IMG/VR virus record: IMGVR_UViG_2713896899_000007
Span: 1 to 64,000 of that record
Length of the DNA stretch: 64,000 bases
Origin: a virus
Lineage: Duplodnaviria > Heunggongvirae > Uroviricota > Caudoviricetes
Direction: 5' to 3' (one strand)
The translations under genes were made by a program, and so were the position numbers. The notes beneath the pieces are model-generated. The model was not told the DNA's origin, ran no database searches, and saw only the letters and a list, made by a program, of their open reading frames with translations. The stretch's first letter is position 1; each line of letters starts with the position of its first letter. Shown here piece after piece: positions 58,050 through 64,000 of the stretch.

Positions 58050-58859
58050 TCATCCAATAGTGTACTCCGCGACAAACTTCTTAACGATCGGTGATTCTTC
58101 GTTCAATGTTAGATTTCCACCGTCTCTAACAGCAATTCCTGTAGCTGGAAATACAGCCATCATTTGCCCAGCCTGAGTTGACGCAGTGTTAAGCGGATAC
58201 GGTTTTTCTGGATTGCTCATTAAAGCAATCTTAATACTATTACTTGTAGCCTTCCTTTCTGTGAGAAGGTGTCTCATGGAAATTACCGTGTAAACACTAA
58301 TATCTGGACCTCCGCTAAACCAATTAAGAAGGTTTAATATCTTATCCTTTGCTTTGACAGGCGCGTTTTCGTAAGCGTCTAAGAAAATATCTTTTTCTAA
58401 GCCTGCTTTATTGAAAAACGAATCATCTTTATCACTTAAAGTAAAACGAGGACCTCTTGCAGTACGAGCTTTTTTATTTGTATTGCTATCATTTGACTGT
58501 TGAACTTTTAATTCATCATTAACCTCAACACAATCTTCAACCTCAATAAATCCCAATTGTTCTGGCTCGTTTTCGGCAGCTTCACCACTTTCAGTGTTAA
58601 TTACGTTTATAGGCTCATGCGCTAACTCCAACTCATTTAAAGCGGAGCTGAAATCACCTGCTTTTTCTTCATTGAACAGTTCTTCGGCAACATCATCAGA
58701 ACTCATGGCTACGCCAGCATCGAGGCCTAGAAGCAGATCGTCAATATCATCAGTATTCTCAACCTGTGCAGCTTTTTTTACCGGTTCATCAAGTGATTGC
58801 AACATAGCTGTCAGTTCGTCCAGATCATCATTTGTCATTACATTTTCAACCGAACTCAT
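58050..58859 (-). CDS. hypothetical highly acidic protein
   Basis: 269 aa, Asp/Glu-rich N-terminal half. Confidence 0.4.
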   Translation of the reverse strand: MSSVENVMTNDDLDELTAMLQSLDEPVKKAAQVENTDDIDDLLLGLDAGVAMSSDDVAEELFNEEKAGDFSSALNELELAHEPINVINTESGEAAENEPEQLGFIEVEDCVEVNDELKVQQSNDSNTNKKARTARGPRFTLSDKDDSFFNKAGLEKDIFLDAYENAPVKAKDKILNLLNWFSGGPDISVYTVISMRHLLTERKATSNSIKIALMSNPEKPYPLNTASTQAGQMMAVFPATGIAVRDGGNLTLNEESPIVKKFVAEYTIG

Positions 58860-59019
58860 GTAAGTCTCCTTCTGTTTGGTTACATTTGCGTTTCGATGGC
58901 TACATTTTGACTAAACCTATCAGGCGGAAAAGTATTAAATACAGGCAGGAAATGATTGAAAGGCGACTGTTCTTTAAAAGAAAGCCTACTTTAAACTCTC
59001 TTTAAAGTAGGCTTTTGCT

Positions 59020-59577
59020 TTACACAATTTCAGAGGGTAATTTAAAAAATCCGTACTTATTACGTGCCTTAAAGAAGCATTGCATCATTAAGTTTGTGTC
59101 ATATAAGGCACTATGTGCTTTGGCATGATCGTATATAAAGCCAAGAGAGAAGGCCAACTCTTCAAGGCGGGGACGTTTACCGTCTTCTGTGGCCCACAAT
59201 CCCGATAACATAGTATCTATAACAGGAACGTCTGGCAGTCTTACTCCATACCCTGAAAACTCGTGTCGAATAAATGGTATATCAAACGCTTCACCGTTAT
59301 GAGCAATCCACGCACTACATGCCCCCATATAAGCGCCAATTTCGCTGGCATGATTTGACAACAAAGGTTCAGCTGCGAGCTGTTCCAATGAAATGCCATG
59401 AACGGCTTGAGCTTTCGGATCTATGTTTCTGCGAGGGTTAAAACGCATCTCCAGACTATCAATATGTCTCTGTGTCTCCAGTTCATAGCGGGTAATTGCG
59501 ATTTCAATAATTTTATGACCAGCAAGGAAATCCAGTCCCGTAGACTCGATATCGATGCCTGCAACAATCGTTGTCAT
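59020..59577 (-). CDS. DnaQ-like 3'-5' exonuclease (DEDDh)
   Basis: GIDIESTG, HNGEAFDIPF, YDHAKAHSALYD motifs. Confidence 0.75.
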   Translation of the reverse strand: MTTIVAGIDIESTGLDFLAGHKIIEIAITRYELETQRHIDSLEMRFNPRRNIDPKAQAVHGISLEQLAAEPLLSNHASEIGAYMGACSAWIAHNGEAFDIPFIRHEFSGYGVRLPDVPVIDTMLSGLWATEDGKRPRLEELAFSLGFIYDHAKAHSALYDTNLMMQCFFKARNKYGFFKLPSEIV

Positions 59578-59586
59578 CAGAACTCC

Positions 59587-60006
59587 TTACAACTTCTTAG
59601 CGCCCTTAAGTAGTGCGCTACGTACAAATTGAGCCGCTTTTTTCAAAGTTTCTTCACTGGTTTCACAGACAATCGGATCTTTCCACTTACCTGACGCAGT
59701 GTTGAGAATATTGATTTGGTTGCTATCCAGACAAACAGAGATATAAAGCACCGTGCCACCAGCCAGCATCAAATGCATAGGAAACAGAGGCTTTTTACTG
59801 TCTTCACTGAACTGAGACATGGCGATGTTAATGGCTTCACCTACTTGTGCGCCAACAAGCCCCTGCGCAGTTTCGAATATGGCACGAATAGCCAGACGAG
59901 CCTCTCGATCGGTCATAAGCGACCGGGAATGTTCGTCCGCTACACGAATCAAAGCCTCTGTTGTTTTCCGATCCAGTTCATCTTCAAGCAACATTTCACT
60001 AAACAT
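59587..60006 (-). CDS. hypothetical protein
   Basis: 139-aa ORF. Confidence 0.4.
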   Translation of the reverse strand: MFSEMLLEDELDRKTTEALIRVADEHSRSLMTDREARLAIRAIFETAQGLVGAQVGEAINIAMSQFSEDSKKPLFPMHLMLAGGTVLYISVCLDSNQINILNTASGKWKDPIVCETSEETLKKAAQFVRSALLKGAKKL

Positions 60007-60067
60007 TTTTTATCCTTAACCCATTTTGAGAGTTTTATTGTCGCAATGTCGAAGAGGCGAACAATTT

Positions 60068-60712
60068 CTAATGAACGGTTACTCGGCCACAGAACCGGTT
60101 TTCTATCTTTTCTACAGCGTTATCTAGCATTCTCATCACTGATCTGGCTCTTGCTTCAACCGTGCGATATCGGTTGGAAACGACGAAGGTTTGCAGATCT
60201 CCCCTTTGCGGATGCAGGTGAATTTTTGTCAGTTCCCCGCACATCAACGCATCAATACGAGCGACATACAGACGGTCTAATGATGCTCGTTGTGATCGCA
60301 AGTAATCTCGCTCTGAGAGAGCGACTCCCGGGCGTAAGCCAGCAATGGCGTTAAAGTTTGAAATAGCAGTTTTGTGGCAAAACTTTTCGATATCGAGGGC
60401 TAACTCAATACACCGATCTTCATTTGTATGGCCGACCAAATCCAACGTGTAGGCCATAACATCAGCAGGTGTGCGATCGATAACAAAGCCTTCAACACCA
60501 CGCGTAAGTAGCTCTATATGCTTTGCTATTTCCATTTGAATCTGAAGCCGCTCATATAGAGGCATAGACTCACCTACTCGAACACCGAGGCGGCTCATCA
60601 AACTTCCGACACCAGCATCCACGTAAGGGATTCCGTAATGTTTGTCGATATATTTAGCCAGGGTTGTTTTCCCACTGCCCTGAGCACCAGTGATCCCAAT
60701 CCGGTAATCCAT
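60068..60712 (-). CDS. P-loop nucleotide kinase (probable dNMP kinase)
   Basis: Walker A GAQGSGKTT at N-terminus; placement beside DHFR and ThyA-like genes. Confidence 0.6.
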   Translation of the reverse strand: MDYRIGITGAQGSGKTTLAKYIDKHYGIPYVDAGVGSLMSRLGVRVGESMPLYERLQIQMEIAKHIELLTRGVEGFVIDRTPADVMAYTLDLVGHTNEDRCIELALDIEKFCHKTAISNFNAIAGLRPGVALSERDYLRSQRASLDRLYVARIDALMCGELTKIHLHPQRGDLQTFVVSNRYRTVEARARSVMRMLDNAVEKIENRFCGRVTVH

Positions 60713-61188
60713 TACGACCTTCTGTATACGATCTGCGAAAAGCCAGGCTCTTCCTCGCTGGCTCGTTGGGTATAAGCTGTTTCAACAGGCACAAAGCCTA
60801 AGTTACGCATCATGCTTGCCGGGAAGAATGCATCGGCGTTTGGTACATCAACGCCGATGTGGGAGAGCCAAATCTCTTCAACATGCGGCATGAATAGCGA
60901 GTAAATTTGTTCCCCGCCAATCACCCACACAGGCTCTGGTAATCGCAACACATCATCCACACCAGCAGGGTAGAATCCATTTGGTACAAAGCCATGAGAG
61001 CGCGTCAAAACGAGGTTATGACGCTCTGGAAGAGGGCGTTTGAGACTTTCCATCGTTTTACGCCCCATAACGACAGTGGCGTTTTTGGTGAGTCTCTTAA
61101 ATAGCTTCAGATCGGTAGAACAACGCCAGGGCAGTTCGTTCGCTATGCCGATCTCATAGTTACGGCCAACAGCAGCTATCATCTTCAT
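60712..61188 (-). CDS. dihydrofolate reductase
   Basis: MIAAVGRNYEIG...LPW...VMGRKT..S...PLP.R.N.VL...VIGG pattern of FolA. Confidence 0.8.
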   Translation of the reverse strand: MKMIAAVGRNYEIGIANELPWRCSTDLKLFKRLTKNATVVMGRKTMESLKRPLPERHNLVLTRSHGFVPNGFYPAGVDDVLRLPEPVWVIGGEQIYSLFMPHVEEIWLSHIGVDVPNADAFFPASMMRNLGFVPVETAYTQRASEEEPGFSQIVYRRS

Positions 61189-61646
61189 TTGCTCACCTCA
61201 TAGATGACCGGTCTATGATGAGAGTCAGCTAAAGCGGCACGGAGTCGAGGATCGTGCACCAGCGCAGCGATAAGCAGATCGCCTTTATGCTCCGCTAATG
61301 TGCGCTTAATATGCTTCTCATAACTGGTGCCATTCGGTACAAGATGAAGCCAGTCGTAATCAACGCCAAAATCTTTCAGCCATCGTTTAGTGGGCGCTTC
61401 AAGAGTTTCAGAGCGGCTACTGATAAGCACCACTTCAGCCCCTGAGCGAGCAAAACCACGCAACATACGGCTGGTGGGGAAAATGAGTTCATCACCGGCA
61501 ATGAGCTGGCCTGCATCCGCGTCAGATACAGATTTACGATGGCTGGTATTTGCCAGCACACCTTCAATTTCGCATAAGACATACATACCTCTTGCCATAT
61601 CACACCGCCACTGGAACCTTGATCCACGGTAGAGGGTCATAGCCAA
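61185..61646 (-). CDS. HAD-like fold protein with E-x-E in place of the D-x-D nucleophile motif (tentative)
   Basis: YVLCEIEGVL, VVLISSRSE, GDLLIAALVHD; start may be internal. Confidence 0.35.
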   Translation of the reverse strand: MAMTLYRGSRFQWRCDMARGMYVLCEIEGVLANTSHRKSVSDADAGQLIAGDELIFPTSRMLRGFARSGAEVVLISSRSETLEAPTKRWLKDFGVDYDWLHLVPNGTSYEKHIKRTLAEHKGDLLIAALVHDPRLRAALADSHHRPVIYEVSK

Positions 61647-62730
61647 GAATCAGAATATCGTCCCATTTGAAATCATCCAGCTCAGACCATTCATGAGGGA
61701 AAATAACGACCGGATCTGAATGCTCTGGAGCCTGTCGTTTCATTAGCTCACACACACTTTCCATGTGGTTATTGTATAAATGCACGTCAAAGCCAAAATG
61801 CACAAATGCACCGGCCATGTGACCCGTAATCTTCGCGAGAAAATGAGTGAGAATGCCATAGCCAGCAATATTGAATGGCATACCAACAAAAGTGTCTACG
61901 CTACGCTGTACGAGGCAGGAGTTGAGGATGCGTTTGGGGATTCCAAGTTCATCCAGTTCAGTTTCAGTAACACTGCCGTCCATCTCCAGATCGTATAGCA
62001 TCTTGGTGTAGATAGACTCGTAACCGAGGCGACTGTGTTGAAGACCAATGTCTGTTGCCATCGTTAAACGAGTTTCAAAATCAAGCTCACGACTCCACAA
62101 AGAGAAGGCAAAGTGGCAAGGTGGCAGTTTCATATCCTCAAGCTCGCCTACGTTCCATGCGTTAAGCATGATGCGACGATCGGTAGGGTTCGTGCGCAGT
62201 GTATCGACAATACGCTGTAGCTGATCGATTTCACGGGACAGCACTACGCGATCTTCACTGATACCCAGGTATCCCTCGACTTTGTACCCGCGTTCACGGA
62301 AAGTATCGATCTTGCTCAGATATTCACTATGGCTCACGATGCGGGTATCTTCCCATCGACGCCACTGCTTACCGTAAACCGGCCCCAAATCGCCATTCTC
62401 ATCGGCCCATGCATCCCAAATTTTAACGCCGTTATCCTTGAGAAATTGGATGTTGCCCGTGCCTTTCAGATACCACTCAAGTTCGACAAGTAGTGGCTTA
62501 AGATTTACCGCCTTTCCAGAAATAAGCGGCACAGTCCCACCAGTAAGCATGTAGTAAGAGGGAACGTAGCAGGTGCTTAAAGTACCAGTGCCTGTGCGAT
62601 CATCAGCCTGCACGCCGCTTTTAAGCACCGTCTCAATAACTTTTGCATACGATGCGTTTGTTACCTGACCGTTCGTATGCTCACGATTCAAAAGGAGTGA
62701 CACAAAAACCTCACAAAGATAAGTAACCAC
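61600..62730 (-). CDS. thymidylate synthase family enzyme (ThyA-like) with two large insertions
   Basis: DRTGTGT, WADENGDLGPVYGKQWRRW, PPCHFAFSLW (catalytic Cys), MPFNIAGYG (Asn, uracil-type), DVHLYNNH. Confidence 0.8.
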   Translation of the reverse strand: MVTYLCEVFVSLLLNREHTNGQVTNASYAKVIETVLKSGVQADDRTGTGTLSTCYVPSYYMLTGGTVPLISGKAVNLKPLLVELEWYLKGTGNIQFLKDNGVKIWDAWADENGDLGPVYGKQWRRWEDTRIVSHSEYLSKIDTFRERGYKVEGYLGISEDRVVLSREIDQLQRIVDTLRTNPTDRRIMLNAWNVGELEDMKLPPCHFAFSLWSRELDFETRLTMATDIGLQHSRLGYESIYTKMLYDLEMDGSVTETELDELGIPKRILNSCLVQRSVDTFVGMPFNIAGYGILTHFLAKITGHMAGAFVHFGFDVHLYNNHMESVCELMKRQAPEHSDPVVIFPHEWSELDDFKWDDILILGYDPLPWIKVPVAV

Positions 62731-62874
62731 TTATTCATTGCGTGAGTTTACATTCATTGAGAGAACAAGACCAGACAGATAAAAAAATGGTGGCCATAGG
62801 CCACCAAAAACGAATAGTTGTTTCAGAAATTTAACGCGCCAACGCAATATACACAGATAGATAACTACCTACAA

Positions 62875-63744
62875 TTATTTTTTGATCATTCCGTACATTG
62901 CTGAGGCTTTAGCTTGCTCAACAAAGGAGGATAAATCGACATCACTATAGGTTGGAGACTTCAGAATCTTTCCATCGGAAATTCGAAAACCGATCATCTT
63001 ATCGGTGCCATCAGCATGGCGAAATCCCAGGTCAGAAGAGTCGTATTTGCAGTTGGCCACAGCATGGCGACGCTCTTCGGCATCTGCAGGCCATAATTTT
63101 GTCATGTTGGACCGATGAATTTCGCCAACCAGCTCGACGACATTGATACCGAGGAAATCAGCCAGTCGATAGGTCATCATGCACGCCACATAGATTTTGT
63201 TCATTACACGGCGCAGTTCCTGAATCAGCTCAGAATCCTTAACAGTCTTGTTCTCAAGTTTATCTGCCAGCTCTTCGAGCATACATGACGCCTCACGAGC
63301 TTCCTGAAATGGCATTGCCATATCATCGAAAACAGTGTTACCAGGCACAAAAATTGTCTGCATAAAGCGATCAATGCTCTGTTCCTGCGTGTAATAGGTC
63401 ATGCCGGTAGAAATACCACCTTTGATGGCGACCATCGTACCAACACCAACGTATAAAAAGTCGGCCATTGCATCCAGCAGTTGCTCAATATCCCCATTCA
63501 TTGCGGCTGGAATACCTTCCACTACAGCTTCTTCATGAATCAGGCTTGCACGGAGACGAAGCAGCTCTGGTGTCGGCATAACGCGTCTCGGATGCTGGAA
63601 GAGTTCATGAAACTGATCGACCATCTTGTAAATACTTTCAGTGGCTACACCATGGCCTTCATGCAACTCATATGGTTCTGGCTTAAATCCAATGAGTCGA
63701 TCGGTGGCAAGTTTCAGGTGGTCAGTCAGTTTGGTAAAGTTCAT
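62875..63744 (-). CDS. hypothetical protein, possible all-alpha NTP pyrophosphohydrolase (MazG-like), low confidence
   Basis: helical protein with EE-containing segments; placement in nucleotide-metabolism cluster. Confidence 0.3.
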   Translation of the reverse strand: MNFTKLTDHLKLATDRLIGFKPEPYELHEGHGVATESIYKMVDQFHELFQHPRRVMPTPELLRLRASLIHEEAVVEGIPAAMNGDIEQLLDAMADFLYVGVGTMVAIKGGISTGMTYYTQEQSIDRFMQTIFVPGNTVFDDMAMPFQEAREASCMLEELADKLENKTVKDSELIQELRRVMNKIYVACMMTYRLADFLGINVVELVGEIHRSNMTKLWPADAEERRHAVANCKYDSSDLGFRHADGTDKMIGFRISDGKILKSPTYSDVDLSSFVEQAKASAMYGMIKK

Positions 63745-64000
63745 GCTAGTTTTGTTCCTTCTTAATTCTTGTGATCCATTGTGGCCCAGCGTTGCCAGGC
63801 CACATAATGCTTTGTATCGGTTTACAGGTCTGCAAACTGGCTTAGAGAAGCCTTATCCACAGTAGAATCGATCTGACCTACCAGATATGTGCTTTGCTCT
63901 GCCTCTTGTGGTGCAATTTGCAGTGTGTCGGTTAACAACCACTTGTTCATCCAGACCAGCGGATCGGTGGTAACCTCTGGAAATAAAGCCTTCAGGCCAA

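Noticed and set aside
1-64000. CRISPR array, integrase, CI-like repressor, holin/endolysin/spanin cassette
   Set aside because: No regularly spaced short repeats with unique spacers, no tyrosine or serine recombinase motifs, no HTH-S24 repressor and no lysozyme-like ORF were recognised; they may lie outside the window or be too divergent to spot by eye.

Overview
The window is almost entirely temperate-phage DNA with a 3.3-kb block of host chromosome in the middle. Left part (1-26 kb, all minus strand): a lambda-like siphovirus late operon read right to left: small and large terminase, portal, scaffold, capsid, Ig-like decoration protein, head-tail proteins, major tail protein, G/T chaperone pair, 1528-aa tape measure, M, L, K, I, a 1576-aa J-like tip protein, and a 1175-aa Stf-like side tail fibre. 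26-29.4 kb: an uncharacterised five-gene operon (two ParB-fold proteins, a soluble ABC-type ATPase, a GNAT-like protein, a small wHTH-like protein) directly upstream of the terminase and divergent from an SF2 helicase. 29.5-35.2 kb: plus-strand accessory genes, partly very AT-rich, closed by stacked terminators. 35.4-41.4 kb: iteron-like repeat clusters, a GT-skewed ORF-free segment and small early-type genes. 41.5-44.8 kb: host metG and apbC (mrp), with a diverged ~150-bp copy of the metG 3' end region 0.86 kb away. 44.8-64 kb (all minus strand): a phage early region with a pre-processed UmuD'-like protein, SpoT-type HD hydrolases, two N6-adenine methyltransferases, RNase HI, a DnaQ-like exonuclease, a dNMP kinase, DHFR and a ThyA-family enzyme. 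No integrase, immunity repressor, lysis cassette, tRNA or CRISPR array was recognised. All calls come from reading the ORF translations and sequence by eye; no searches were run. Coordinates of non-ORF features are approximate (about +/-5 bp), and several CDS starts were moved from the ORF-track start to an internal Met with a visible RBS.
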